A stretch of DNA of 64,000 bases from the NCBI RefSeq assembly GCF_964194155.1, contig NC_135894.1:6200001-6264000 (forward strand). Reading direction: 5' to 3'. The position numbers and the translations under genes were made by a program. Below, one piece after another: positions 23,795-36,972 of this stretch. The notes beneath the pieces are model-generated. The model had not been told where the DNA came from and did no database searches. It saw only the letters and a list, made by a program, of their open reading frames with translations. Every line of letters starts with the position of its first letter. The stretch's first letter is position 1. Source of the DNA: Cetorhinus maximus (taxonomy: Eukaryota).

Positions 23795-26780
23795 CTTGAA
23801 TATCTTCTATGTTGTGCATTCGACTTTCCTGAAAAAATACCTTCTCGATTTTTCAATTTCAATGTCATCTTCTTATAACAGTCAAACGTCAATGCATACA
23901 TCACTTCCTCAACGGCCAACTTCAATTGCTTGGCGTAATTGGGTGCTGCCAGATCTGGCGTCGCATTTAATACAGTTTTCAGACTATCAAATGGCTTCTG
24001 AAACTCCATTGTACATTGCAAATTCTCATTCTTTTTTACTACTTCAGTTAGTGAAGCAAGCACACGGCTTAAATTTGGTACAAACTTCCAGTAACACCAG
24101 CTCATGCCCAGAAATCTCAAAACTTCCCATTTTGTTGTAGCACTGGGAAATCCATGATAGCCATGAATTTCACACCTCTTGGAGCCACCTTTCCATCTCC
24201 AATTGTATGGCTTAAATACATAACTTGCATTGTTGCAAATTCACATTTAGACAAGTTCATCGTTAAATTAACTTCTTGTAATCGAATAAATAATTCTTCC
24301 AGATGCTGTAAATTCTCCTCCCAAGCCTGACTATAAATGATTCGTTCATCAACATAAACAGCATAATTTCATTGATCTGCAACTACTTTGTTTGTCATCC
24401 TGTGATGTGTCACAAGTGCATTCTTCTTACCAAATGGCATGATTTTAAACTGTTATAGTCTATTTGTCGTCACAAAATCCGATTTTTCCTTTGCTCTCTC
24501 CGATAATGATACTTGTCAATATGCTTTTAGCAAGTCAATATTTGCGATAAATGTTGTTTGCCCCACTTTTTCAATGCAATCTCCAACTGTTCTATTAGAT
24601 TTGAATCCTATTTTGTCACCGCATTCACCTTTTGATTGTTCACACAAAGCCTTTGTGTTCCACCTGATTTTGGTGCCAGGACAATGGGTGAACTCAAGTT
24701 ACTGCAACTAGACTTAATGATATAATTTTGAAGCATGAAGTCAATTTATTTCTGTGCTTGTGATCACTTGCTGAATTTAATCCATAATAATGTTGCCTTA
24801 TCGAAGATGAAACACTTACAGGGGCATCTTGCACAGCTAAATCTTTCCTCCCCAATGCATTCCCACAAATAAGAATTTTTGACTGCAAAAGCTTACCTAA
24901 ACCACTTTGATAGATTTTGGAAGGCAATTCAATATTACATTTAAGTACTCAAGTATTCCCTCTTTATCTATTTTGAACAATGGAAAATCAATTTCAGAGT
25001 CCTGCATTTCTAATTCTTCTTCATAATCTACCACAACTAAAAACTAATTTTGTCGTTTTCCCACCTCTTTGGAAGCGGTGAAGAACGCTCTCATCATGGT
25101 TTTTAATAGTTTGATGCAATCCTTCCAAAGCTCTTTGTTGATAAGCTGTTGACTTAAACTGTTTTGTTCCCTAAACTGTTACTTTCGCCCTTAAACAGCT
25201 GTGACATCAAATTTGAAAGCTGATCTGTTTGTTTTTCCTGAGATAAACCATATCTCGTAAAAAAAATAGTCAACCCTTCCACAGTCTCCTTCGTTATGTA
25301 TATATATATTTTAAGATATCGCTTCAGGAAGCCTGGTAGACACATCCATCATTGTCAGTAAATCCTGATTTCCACTTTAATATTATGAAAGGGAGTTACA
25401 CAATCAATTATGGCTCTCATCAAAGGCTAATCAAATGTTGGTATTGAGATTAACGGTACCGATTAATCACAGTTGTGTTTTCCCTATCACCTGACATCTG
25501 TGACAAGTTTACAGAAGGTGACGACAAACCTGTGCAATCCTGGCCAATAAAAACATTTCTGCATTGTTGCCTGTGTCTTCCCAATTCCGAAATGCCTCCA
25601 CATTGGAATTTAATGAACAATGCTCTGAATCTGATTTCTATATCCTAATGGGATGACAATGTGATGTGTCTCTCAGCAGTTTTCATTAGCTGAGACATGG
25701 TCCAGCCTCCAATTTCGCATTTCAAATATCAACCGTAAAGGAATAACACTCTGGGATGCATTTGCCTCTCTTTCTGAATAAACCGTCTGATATAACTGTT
25801 TTAATCCCAAAACCTTTTGCTGCATCTCAATTAACTGCCTTGAATTAAACCTTTCAGCAGAAATATATTCTGTTGTGTCTTTCTGAACAATAATATCAGA
25901 TACATTGCCGGCTAATTGGATTTCAATACCCTCGTCCTGCATTTGAACTGCCTGTCCATCTGGTTTCTCTTGCTTCAAACGTTGTGCCTGTCATCTCATT
26001 ATCACATATTCTGGAAACAATCCATGATGCTCCTCTTGTAACACGTCTGTTAAAAACGCTTCTACACGCTTCTCAAATGCCACATTGGTGATCCAGCGAC
26101 TCATTAACCAAAATAAATTAAACCTCTGCAATGGGCATTTTTTCCACCACCCCAACAATCACTTCGCTAGTTTTTCACTTAGTTTTTAAATTTTCCTTCC
26201 ACAATGGAATATGTTTAGCATCCCCAAGAACCTCACTCAATATGACCTCTTCCTGCAATTCTCTGTATGAAAAACAAACATCACTATCCCACAACAGTAA
26301 TGCTTTACTAGCCGCTGTCTCTCCTGAAATTTTAACATCCTTACCTACTCCACCATGGACACATGGAAAGACATTCCCTTCACACACAAAATCTTTAAAC
26401 ATTTTTACAAACTGCTCTTCATAATTCTCTTGGGTAAATTTTGCACACATTCCAACTTCTTTACCTGTCACTCATTCTCCTGGTTTTACTTGTACACAAA
26501 CCAGGGTTTTTTTCCTGTGCCTGAACACCAATATTCACAGTGCGTTTACTTCCAGAACATGTCTGCACCCCCCACCCCCCACACCACCCCCCCCCCCCCC
26601 CCCCCCCCACCCCCCCAATAATTCCAACAGGTTTTTCCTGCAATTTCCAACACAGTGCCTTCATGTGTCCCAATTTATTAGAATGAATTCACCTCACCTT
26701 TCAGCACCTTCCTTTTCATTCAGAGATAAAACTTCCTGGGGGTTTACAGCTATTCCTTTTATTCCCTGACTCCCTACCTA
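23795..26780 (-). mobile_element. Gypsy LTR retrotransposon internal region, Gmr1-like order gag-PR-INT-RT-RNaseH, decayed
   Basis: Order on the minus strand: zinc knuckle GHMKALCW (about 26670), protease-like VKISGETAASKALL (about 26320), integrase GGHFGIGKT..FYWPGL (about 25600) and FFTRYGLSQEKQTDQLSN (about 25250), RT FKIMPFG (about 24440) and YVDE (about 24350), RNase H LAAPNYAKQLKLAV and QHRRYS. Confidence 0.88.
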
Positions 26781-27124
26781 CCTGCTCCATTAATTCACCT
26801 CCTGGTGCATCCTTTCATCTGTGGAATTATTCTCAACTGTAACTGTCGCCTGTTATTGAGACAATTGGAGTTCCGCTTAACTGCGCTGTTAAGCAATGAA
26901 TTTACTTTTAAATGAATTGGAGGTGAAATTTTGAAGGAGCAGAAAACTGGCTTCCAACTTTGACTTACCATAATTGACGGAAACCATTTTGACTGCCCAC
27001 ATTCCCCAGTAGGAACATTTTTACTATTTTTCAATACTTAAATTTGAGTTGCTTTTTCCCTGAATTTTGCTGTGGCCCTGTTTATGACTGTGCAGCTGCC
27101 GGAACCCATTTTATTTCCAATACC

Positions 27125-27665
27125 TTTTTCACAAAGCCTATTCATGAGAAAATTCCTTTACATTCAGTCAACTGCTGGCGAGGCAAAAAAAGCATTTGCT
27201 GCTTCCACATGTCTTTTTGAAAAAATACTGCACGACGTACTCCTAATGTGTTGTTAAATTACTTTGAAATATGCCCGGAACGAAACAAAATACCGGACCA
27301 AGCAACGTCTACCTTATTGCTGAGCTACTTGTAAGCGACGCGTAAACAAGGTCGCTGAGTAGGCAATGCTTTCCCTTATAGCTTGTTGAAATTCCAACTT
27401 CTCTCGAACAATCTTGTTACGATGCCAGCTAGCAGCGGCAAAATAACAGTGAGCTCTCCCCACCGGGAAGCAGCGTTGCTGTACGTCTGTTACTGAGATA
27501 ATTACATAAATCACAACGGCTGTTGGCCTGATATATGTTCTATCATTTACTGTTTTCCTAACTTGCTTTAATCGCCTAAAGTCCTTGACTGAGAACCAGG
27601 CGGAAACATGTTTCAGTTCGCTGCACTTGCAACTCCCCCGAATTATACGACCAATTTTAAAACAA
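27125..27665 (+). repeat. dispersed copy of the tRNA-Ile cassette spacer (5600-6150)
   Basis: Shared blocks GCTGGCGAGGC.AAAAAA.CATTTGCTGCTTC, CTCCTAATGTGTTGTTAA and AATCGCCTAAAG.CC.TGACTGAGA.CCAGG. Confidence 0.8.
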
Positions 27666-30048
27666 GCCAGAGCCACCAGAGGTGGCCGCACGCCGGTCCA
27701 CCGTCACGGAGGGGTTGGAAAGTCGCATTGCACGAGGTAGCTCGTTTTTCGGCCGGCGCAGACACGATGGCCCAATTGGCCCCTTTCTGTGTTGTAAACT
27801 TTCTGTGATTTCTATGAGTACAGTGTGAAGGTGTCGGCAGAACTCATCAGGAAACGACAACCTGATTTGGCCTCGAGGCCGATCATTCAGTCGGTGAGAT
27901 GAGGTGTCAGAGGGTCCTTGTGTCGGCTGTAACCAGCTAGGGACTCGATGACAAAGGATTGGGTGTAGGTGGAAGGGGAATTGGGTGGAGGGAGTGGTTC
28001 ATGGCCTGGTTATCTTGAGCCAGTTAATGCAATTACAATCAGTATTAATCCGGCAACCATGAAAACCACTGGAAATTCAGGGGCCTTATCTCAGGTAATT
28101 ATTGCAGAAGGAATCATGGCGAATGATAAATTTAGATGGATTGAATGGAAAACTGTGGGCAAATGGGCTAAATGGCCTGAAGGGAACATTATAAATAAGT
28201 AGGCTAGAACGGTTGAAGGGAATATCTGGTAGGGTGGGCTTTATAATTAATTGTATGTGCTGAAGGGAACACTGCTTATTGCCGAGCTGGATGAGTTAAA
28301 TGGATTATTATGGACTTGCTCCTCATTCCTCCCTCGCAAAGAATCTTTGTGGTTCTACCCGCCCCCGCTCATATCCTGAACAGGTCCTTCAGGGCGACTG
28401 TAAATAGACAAAGGGCAACGTTTTGAATTACTTCGGATAGTTTTTTTCTTCAGATGAAAGTTTTATTTGAATTTATTACTTCCTGCAATGGATTAGGACT
28501 CATATTGAACACCGGTGGGACCTGGTGCCCTTCCCGAGATTCCCATCTCCAACTAATCAGAATGAGCCGACTTTAAAATAATTTTTAGTGAAAGATGGAG
28601 CCTCAGTGGCAATTTATGAAATTCACTCGGTGTATCAAAGGGTCATGGCTTGATAACAGGAATGTTGTAGTTAAGGACATTTGTTTACTATTTGACTTTG
28701 AAATTGAACAAGTTATGGAAGTATCCCATTTTCCCTTCACGAAGCTTATATAGGCAACTGGCCTGTCTCTGCAAGGTACTCGCGGTGATTTGCACTGTTG
28801 AGTTCCATTGAGCCTCAATCCAGAGATGGGGCGATGGTCTTTCAAAGGAAATCGGGTGTTATGTACAACCTACGGCTGATCCTATTCAGCCAATTTTACT
28901 CAATTTTCCGAAGTCAACAATAGTCCCAGTTGAGCTATCAATGCATAGGGGCGGTGCGACTGGGTGGAGTTTGGGGCTGCTCTCCGTTAACATCCTCCAG
29001 ACTGAATTCGAGGGACCCTACTCTCAGCACTATGAAAACATCAGTCAGAGATTTACCGGGAGGTCGACAGAGACCCAGTCCATATAGACAGTGTTACTGT
29101 TCACTTTAGGATCAATTCCCTGAAAGAACGTAACTTCCCAAAGGTCCCAGGTGGAAGAAAATAATGGATAAGTTTTCACTTTTTATAGCATTATCTTAAA
29201 AAAAATTCAAACCAAAGTCAACAAATATATAATTAAATGCTAATGGTATTGGGTAAAATAGTATGTATTATAATTGATGTAGCTGATATAACAATGATAA
29301 GTCTCACGCATTTCTCAGCTAGCCCTCAGCACATAGTCGGCACTGTGTTCGGTCCTAAAGTCTCTCACAATTCCGTCTTGCCCCAGCGTTGCTCAGCCAC
29401 TGTCCTTAACGCAGTGTCTAATTCTCAGGTGGCCTCCATCACCCACTGGATCCCAATCCGGATTCACGAAAATGATTATCATCAATAAGGCCTTCTTCTT
29501 TGGAACCCCTTTCACTCGGGTCACAAGAGTTCTGATGGCGGAGTTTTCCCAGACGCACTGTCACTCCACCATTCAGTAACCCTCTCGTATACAGTATGTT
29601 CAGCTCTGGGTAAAAGAAAAAAAAATTCTCAGCTCTTCGGCGTGACTGGGTGGCTCATAGCTTTTCTCAAGTTAGAGTTCTTTAAGATTGCTCCCACACA
29701 CATCTTCAGCGAGAACCCCTGGGACTGCGGCCCTTCAGCTGAAAAAGAATTGAACTATTTAGACGCCTGCTTGTTCTGACCTTATACTGAAATCCAATCT
29801 CCCAGCCTGTTATACTTCCCAATCAGTTTCCGTTCCTGTTCCTGTTTCAGCTGGGGGTAGTCAAAAAAAAAAGCCCTTGAAACTGTTTAATCTCAATATT
29901 TATTTTGCGAATTTCATCAACACTGGCCAATATTATTAATCGTATACGTGTATATAACGCTGGCTAGAAATGCACATAATTTCCCATAATATTCTGTGGA
30001 AAGTACCTGAGTTTCCACTTTATCTACTTTCTCTCCATTTTCCCACAG

Positions 30049-30934
30049 CGAACCTGATGTTAATCGTGATTCTCTCCAGAGGAAATTGCGGCTTTCAAAA
30101 TGTATTTCTTTCTATATGGTGTCCATGGCAATAGCTGATTTACTGGTCATGCTCAACAATGTTCTCGTGCGTAAAGTCCTGAGTAAGAACGTTCCACATA
30201 TAATCATGTTCTATACACCCATTTGCAAGTTCATAATGTACTCAATTAGTACCAACCTGTATTTATCGGTGTGGTTTACAGTCTCCTTCACATTTGACAG
30301 GTTTGTGTTTATATGTAGCCACAAGTTTAAGACAAGGTATTGCACAGTGAGAACTGCGGCTACAGTTCTAACAACAATCTGTCTCCTCTCAATTTTATAG
30401 AACATTCCAAACTGGTTTGCATTTGACCCGAAGAGAACAATTAACAACGTTGACTGGGGTTTCCAACCAAGCCAGGAATTTTATACATCTACTTTTGGTG
30501 CCATATTCATTTGGCTACAAAGTATTTTATTTCCCTGGATTCCTTTCACTTTGATATTACTGTTTAATTGTTTGACAGTCGGACAGATTTTAATAGCCAG
30601 TCGAGCCCGTAAGGAGCTCCGGGGTCACAGCAGCGAGAATCAGAGTGATCCAGAAGTACAGAACCGATGGAAATCGATTATATTACTGTTCACTGTATCG
30701 GGTACTTTTATATTATTGTGGCTGACAGCAATCGTTTGTACGTTAGTCAGTTGTCTGGTCATTCATTTACTACCGGATTATACAGCTCCTGCATATATCG
30801 CCACTCAAACCAGACAAATGCTCATGTATTTGAGTTCCTGCACAAACGCGTTTATTTATGCAGCTACGCAAACTAAATTCAGGGAAGAGCTGAGGAAGAT
30901 TGTGACATCTCCTCGGGCAATAATTCAGGTATAG
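30049..30934 (+). pseudogene. GPR139/GPR142-like GPCR exon 2 pseudogene
   Basis: Paralog of 18707-19642 with a 1-bp deletion at about 30093, a CAG>TAG stop at 30398-30400 and no exon 1 found. DRF and NAFIY motifs are present. Confidence 0.9.
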
Positions 30935-31308
30935 ATTTTTAAAAATGCAAAATGAAATCAACTCTTCCTGTTCTAACTATAATTAAATTGCAGCCAATGT
31001 TCCTGTTTTGATCGGAGGCCTTTCTGCTTCCACGACAATATATTGTTTTTTTTTAAAGTTATCAGAAAACACTGATCCACTTTGTGTCACGTGTTTTATG
31101 TCTGCTGATATTCCATGGGGATTATAATTGTTTCTTCCTAAAGCGGCGCACTTGCCACTCAGGGTGCACAGAGGACAGCCATTAACATGTTTCTGCATTG
31201 GAGTAAAACCTCTCTGCACTGGCCTTTACTCCCTTGTATGGCCGGTACTTCAATGAGAAGCGCCAGTTTAATAACAGCTAGGGACCCAAAACTTTCAATG
31301 TTAATGAA

Positions 31309-31450
31309 CTGCCGAAGGGCCGTGAAGGCTCGAAACGTTAACTGATTTCTTCTCCACCGATGCTGCCAGACCTGCTGAGTTTTTCCAGGCAATTCTGTTT
31401 TTGTTTCGGATTTCCAGCATCCGCAGTAGCTTTTAGCTTTTTGTTTTTAT
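31309..31450 (+). mobile_element. short Penelope-like insertion beginning with a hammerhead motif
   Basis: CTGCCGA-A-GGGCC-GTGAA-GGCTC-GAAAC-GTT-AACTG plus the family tail. Absent from the paralogous site near 19960. Confidence 0.8.
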
Positions 31451-31719
31451 CTCTGTAGTTAACTTAAGATGCTATTGCGCATCCCAAATACTGTGGATGT
31501 CCTTACACGTGCACACGGGCTGAAATTGCCTCGGGAGGTTAAATTTCTGATTGGCTGTTTTGCATTGACCTGGATCCGCTGTCAATATCTCCCAGGCTGA
31601 GCTCACTGTCAGAGACTTGGGGGTCAGATACAGGGGACTTGCCTGCATACTTGCCCTGCGAATGGAACGTTGGGAAAAACTTAATCTAGCTCATAGACTA
31701 AGCAGCATAACTGAACTGC

Positions 31720-32390
31720 TCACCACAACCAGTGCTGAAACTCCACGAACCCCCGAAAAATCTGACTACTCCCCCAACCCTAACTGTGTACCGAACCAAC
31801 TGCCCACCCTACTGATCGCCCACCTCACCTGACTATCCTCTCTCCGCCCCGACTACACCTTTCAATTCGGCTACTTCCCTCCCAACAAGTCCACCCCCTC
31901 CCCGCCACCCCCCAGCCCTCCCCACGACCTGACTGCCCTTTCCAAAACTGACTACCTGCCAACACGATTGCACTCCTTAACCCGTCTACTGACCCAACCT
32001 GGCTACTCACCTGACTCAACGTCACTCCTGAATCAAACTGACAAATGCCCATCGGACTGCCTACACAATCCAGCTGCCCGCTCAACCCGATTACCCACCT
32101 ATGCGACCCAACTGCACACCCAACCTGAATGCCCAACTAGAGAGCGGACTGCCCACTGAACCCAATTACCCACCTAGTTGACTCAACGACCCACTCAACC
32201 TGTGTATCCAACTACACGACCTTACAGCCGGGCCAACCTGATTATCCACCTACGTGATCTGACAACCGGACCAATTCGATTTCCCCACCACCACACCCCT
32301 AACGGCCCAACTGCCTACGCAACTGGATTACTTATCTGCCCAACCCCGAATACATACCCAACGCGATTACCCACTAATGTCACCCAACTC
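31720..32390 (+). repeat. expanded C-rich degenerate repeat
   Basis: Longer counterpart of 20240-20605 with recurrent ATTACCCACCTA and CCAACCTGA words. Confidence 0.55.
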
Positions 32391-33590
32391 TCGTTCTCCA
32401 AGCAAAGGGATTGCTTCTTCTTTCAGTTCTAAATTCCTTATATCCTCTCATCTGTGGGCGATGGTTCCTGATCCTTCAGATCTTGGAAGCAGTGTGCTGC
32501 TTCACACCCTTCTTATGTTAAATCACCTGGGCACAACTCGCCAAACTATATCAATCATATTAATTTCAAAATCCAATAAATGTTCGGAAAGTGCAGATAA
32601 ACCAGTTAATTAATACCTTTCTGTAGGAGTCTAAACAAGTTTCTATTTTAGAATTTTCATTCCCGCATTCAAATCCACCCATGGCCTTGCCTCTGCGATC
32701 GTCTATGATCTCTTCCCTCTCTACAATGTTCTGAGAATTCTCTATTCCTCATATTCTGGCGTCATGTTCATCCATTAATTCTTAACTACACTATTGTTGG
32801 ACTTGCCTTCAGGTCTCTGGGATCTTCACTCTGGAATCCTCTCCCAAAACCCATCTCTCCTCCTTTAAAATCGTCATTAAAACTAACATCTGTTCAGTTG
32901 CACTAATGCTTTAATTATCCGGCTCAGTATCCTTATTTGTCCAAATGCACTCAATGACGTTTTTTTAATTAAGTTACAGTGCGACATTACGACCGTTCTT
33001 ATTTGCTAAAATGAACCACCCGTTCTTGTAAGCCCGTCTCCAACACATATCTGAATGGTTCTGTCCATTTAAAGTGGGTAGAATATTAATAACTGAACAT
33101 TATTGAATAATGATTTCATTCGTGGTACTGAACCTATTATTATCGCAGTTTGAATGTGAATGGCTTCAGCACAGGAAATGAATCCAAGGCCGATTCACAG
33201 CGCATCCAGTGGTAATCAGCACTGGGGCAGACAGTGTCATAGCGCATTGACTTTTCTCAAATACTAGGCCCTCAACTGCTCCCTACATGGTTCAGCATGC
33301 CAGACTAGTTTCAGTTGATGCTGGCGAGATAACTGAAAGTGGCTACATCAAAATACTTTGTGACAACGATAATAAAGATGTAGACGCGGTTATCTTTCAC
33401 GGACTCTGCCAAATTCCCTTGGGATACATTCAAGAGGCCGCGACATGTGTGCACAACGGTCCACATTCGCTTCATAGATAATTTTGATCCAATAGTGCTT
33501 CCCTATGGTCGCACGTGATTTGCTCCTTCCCTCCTGAAAAATGGCCACTTCTTTACCGTATTACTTTAAAGCCGTACATTGCAGAAACAG

Positions 33591-33660
33591 AGGCACTGCT
33601 GAGTGAATTGGACTCTTCAGTTTAAAAGACAGCCGCTTTCACTAAAAAAGGCACGGTGAC
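33591..33660 (-). pseudogene. tRNA-Thr(AGT)-derived pseudogene (paralog of 23154-23227)
   Basis: Same position within the duplication. GTCACCGTGCC...CTCAGCAGTGCCT with a deletion in the T arm. Confidence 0.6.
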
Positions 33661-34244
33661 AACCTGCAAGCAAGCATTGTAATCCAATGTTGTGAATTGT
33701 ATACCACTATATTGCTGCAGTATCATCAAAAAAAGAGTGGGGGGAGATGTATTACCACAGTTTGATATTGTAAAATCCAGCTCATATCAAGAGAATGCTG
33801 GGAATATTCAGTTGGCCAGGCAGCATCTGTGAAGAGAGAAGGAGATGTAAACTTTCAGATCGGTGACCAATCGATTAAACTGCACTGCTGTAAAGGAAGT
33901 CAGATACCGAATCAACAGAAGTGCCCAAAAAACCCTTCACGTCACGGCTATCCAATCGCACCAGGCTGATCTTCATTCAGATAGACATGTCGGGAATTAA
34001 TGAAACACTCGTATGAGGATTCTTATTTGCTTCCTTCAAGGTGCCGCTTTCTGACAGCTGGTTTTCATTCCATGCCTTCACGTTCTATACTTCCTCCTGA
34101 CATGGGAAACAACCCGCCTCCTAATATATGGAGGCGTCACTTCAATCCCTCAGAAAACCTGATGAACAGCATCAGCCAAACAGGGCAGAATAACCTGATG
34201 CTTTATTATCACACTCAACAAGCAATAAACACTTTGAACATCTT

Positions 34245-34490
34245 AAACAAAAACAGAATTACCTGGAAAAACTCAGCAGGTCTGGCAGCATCGGTGGAAA
34301 AGAAAACAGTTGCCGTTTCGAGTCCTCACGACCCTTCGGCAGATCTGAAGTATAGTTAGGAGAGAGGTGAAATATAAGCTGGTTTAAGGTGGGGGGCGGG
34401 GGAAGAGAGAAGTTGAGGGTCGGGTGGTTGTAGGGATAAGCAAGCCGTGATAGGAGCAGATAATCAAAAGATGTCACAGTCCATAAACCA
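34245..34490 (-). mobile_element. Penelope-like pLTR with a hammerhead motif (core at 34315-34342)
   Basis: Minus strand CAGAT-CTGCCGA-A-GGGTC-GTGAG-GACTC-GAAAC-GGC-AACTG followed by CCACCGATGCTGCCAGACCTGCTGAGTTTTTCCAGGTAATTCTG. Confidence 0.8.
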
Positions 34491-34769
34491 TTGCCGCTGA
34501 CCCAGCGTCACAGTCAAAGAATTAAAGCCAGAGATTTCCCAGCGGGAATTAGAAAATAATTCTACACACAAAGTAAGCTGGAATTTCTCTACTCGGTAAT
34601 ACATGTTTCACCCGTTGTTTATTTGAAATCTGAGATTAAAAGAGTTTTCTTAAAAGAGGTTATTAAGAAATATGAGGGAAATGCGAAAATATGGAGGTAG
34701 TTACCAAACTAACAGAAAAACAGAACATGCTCCAGCGAATAAAGGGTCTGAACAAGAGTAAAGGTCGAG

Positions 34770-35230
34770 GAACAGCCCTTGACCTTGCAACTGGGTATGA
34801 TAGAGCATTCTGGACTCAACACTGAGTTCAACAATTTTAGATCAGGACATCTGCCACAATATTGTTCGGTCACGTTTCTTTCTTTACTCCTTCATGTTAC
34901 ATTCGGACCGTTGCTTAGCGGCAATTCACAAACTCAGATGGACACGTCTTTTTTTATTGTTTTCCGACAGCCACTGCAATTTGTTTGTAACCATGGAAAC
35001 TCTCTCCCTGCTTTCCACCCTCATTGTCATTGTCTTTTGTACATCCCACCTCCTCCCGCACTCCACTGGTTTAACCCCTGTCACATTTACATCTTTCTTC
35101 CATTTTGAAAAAAAAATCATCGACCTGAATAGTTCGCCTATTTTCTCCACAGATGTTTTGTGAACTGCTGAATATTTCCACAATTTTCTGTTAATTTCGG
35201 TTTTTCAGTGTCTGTACTAGCTTCCTTTTC
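34770..35230 (+). mobile_element. Penelope-like ORF C-terminus plus pLTR
   Basis: LQLGMIEHSGLNTEFNNFR matches the PLE GIY-YIG C-terminal LGTLQP.GLN.EF motif and is followed by the pLTR tail. Confidence 0.7.
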
Positions 35231-35799
35231 AATCTGAAGGCATTTTGGAAAAAATCTTGAACGCCATTCATATTCCTCTCACTTTCTTCTTCGCCAATCT
35301 TTCAGCTTTCTTGCTCCGCAACTCTGTTTGCCTCTTGAGCTTCGTCCGAACGCCCCTCAATTCCGGACACTAAAACACAGCTCAGTCCCTATTTTGAACA
35401 CGCTGGCTATCCCGGTAACGAATCCGCCCCCGTGATTATTGCACTGATTTGATCCAAACATTTGGAATGCTAAGGTAAACATAAAATCAATCCAGACCTA
35501 TTTCAGTTTCCTGGGAATCTCGGATTAAGGTCCACAGTGAAAATATTCAAGCCAGGGATTCCAGCATGGAAATTAGGAAACAATTCTATGCACAAAGATT
35601 CCCAGAACTTCAGAACTCTCTACAGTACAAGGAAATTAATGCTTGATCGATGGTTGTATTTTAAATCTAAGAATGTAAGATCTTTGTTAGAGGATATTAA
35701 GGGCTATGGGGCAAACGCGAGCATATGGTGATAGTCACCAATCAGCCACAACATCATTGAACATGTTCTAGGGACTAAATGGCCTCAACAGCAATAAAC

Positions 35800-36095
35800 T
35801 TCGAGAGACAACAGATCAACTTCCAACTGGGTAATCTGCAGCCTTCTGGTCTCAACATTGAGTTCAACAAATTTAGATTCTAATATCTGACTCAATGTTG
35901 TTTCGAGCGTGTATTATTTTTCTTATTGCCGGTTTGGTTTGTGACGTTTCTTTCTTTATTCTCCATGTTACATTTGGGTCGTTGCTATGCTGCCACTCCC
36001 ACCTCACCTGGACACAACTTTTCTTTCCTTATTATACTCCCATCACCTGGACACACCTTTTCTTTCCTTATTATACTCCCACAACCACAAAAACT
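35800..36095 (+). mobile_element. Penelope-like ORF C-terminus and pLTR start
   Basis: Translates FQLGNLQPSGLNIEFNKFR. Confidence 0.7.
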
Positions 36096-36099
36096 CGGA

Positions 36100-36700
36100 A
36101 ATGTTACAACGCAGGAGAAGGTCATTCGATCCGTCGTGTCTGATTGAGCAATTCACTTAGTCCCATTCCCCGCCTTCTCCCCGTATGGACGGTCTTCCTT
36201 TCGAGATAACAGTCTCACTCCCTTCTTTATGCTTCCCTCGAACCTACCTTCACCACACTGTCAGGCGTCAGGCTGTGCATTCCAGAACTTAACCACTTTC
36301 TGCGAGAAAAAAATGTTTTTTTCATCGTGTCTCTTTTGCTTTATTTCAAACAACTACTTTAAAGCTGCGCTAGCTCGAACTTGATCATTTCACGGATGGG
36401 AAAACGTGCTTCCCATCCAACCTTTCCAGACCTTTCGCGATCTTCAATCCCTCTAGCAAATCTCCTCTCAACCTTCCTTTCTCCCAGGGAATCAGTCCTA
36501 ACTTCTCCAATCTATCTTCACAACTGAAGCTCCTCATCCTAGGAAATATTCTCGTGAACATTTTCTGCCTTCCTTCCAACATCCTCCACATTTTCACATC
36601 CTTCCAAAAGGGAAGCGCCCAGAACCGGGCGGGATGCACCAGCTGAGGCTGAACCAGAACCTTCTATATATCTTGTTTATCTTATTCCCATTACACCACT
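36100..36700 (-). mobile_element. CR1-type LINE 3' fragment
   Basis: Translates FWALPFWKDV..LEGRQKMFTRIFPRMRSFSCEDRLEKLGL..EKGRLRGDLLE. Confidence 0.8.
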
Positions 36701-36972
36701 CTTTGAGTTTTAGTGCCGTGAAAACCATTGCCTCCTGCCCTCTCAGACAATCACTTTCGAAGTGACCCCATAAACATCGGATCAGACCTAAGCAGTGCAG
36801 GCCTTCCACATCCAGTTGTGAATAGTGGTGGACAATTAAACACTGACTGGGCAAGGAAGCTCCACAAATAAATGATGGCCTTACCAGCGGTTTTCACATC
36901 CATGAAGCAACAATAAAAAAACTGTCAATGTATTCCGGGAATGGCAGCAATCCTACTCCGGGGTCCTATTCC

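Larger units (their letters stand above)
16918..23795 (+). repeat. segmental duplication copy A (copy B at 28318-34243)
   Basis: Collinear intron, GPCR exon 2, C-rich tract, L2 fragment and tRNA-Thr pseudogene. About 20745-22200 is absent from copy B. Confidence 0.9.
28318..34243 (+). repeat. segmental duplication copy B (of 16918-23795)
   Basis: Similarity begins inside the GPCR intron (CCTCATTCCTCCCT.GCA), so exon 1 is not included. Confidence 0.9.
34860..36950 (+). repeat. composite module with partial copies at 49570-50990 (inverted), 8400-8880 (inverted) and 52440-53500 (direct)
   Basis: Shared blocks CTCAGTCCC.A, CGCCAATCTTTC, CCTCCTG.CCTC..AGACAATC.CTTTCG and GGATCAGA..TAAGC. Confidence 0.65.

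Noticed and set aside
26355-26673. Polyproline/polyglycine ORFs (also at 45785 and 53468)
   Set aside because: They come from C-homopolymer tracts inside repeats.
27672-27689. CTCF-like motif GCCACCAGAGGTGGC
   Set aside because: The 3' half deviates from consensus, and a single short match is not supportable.
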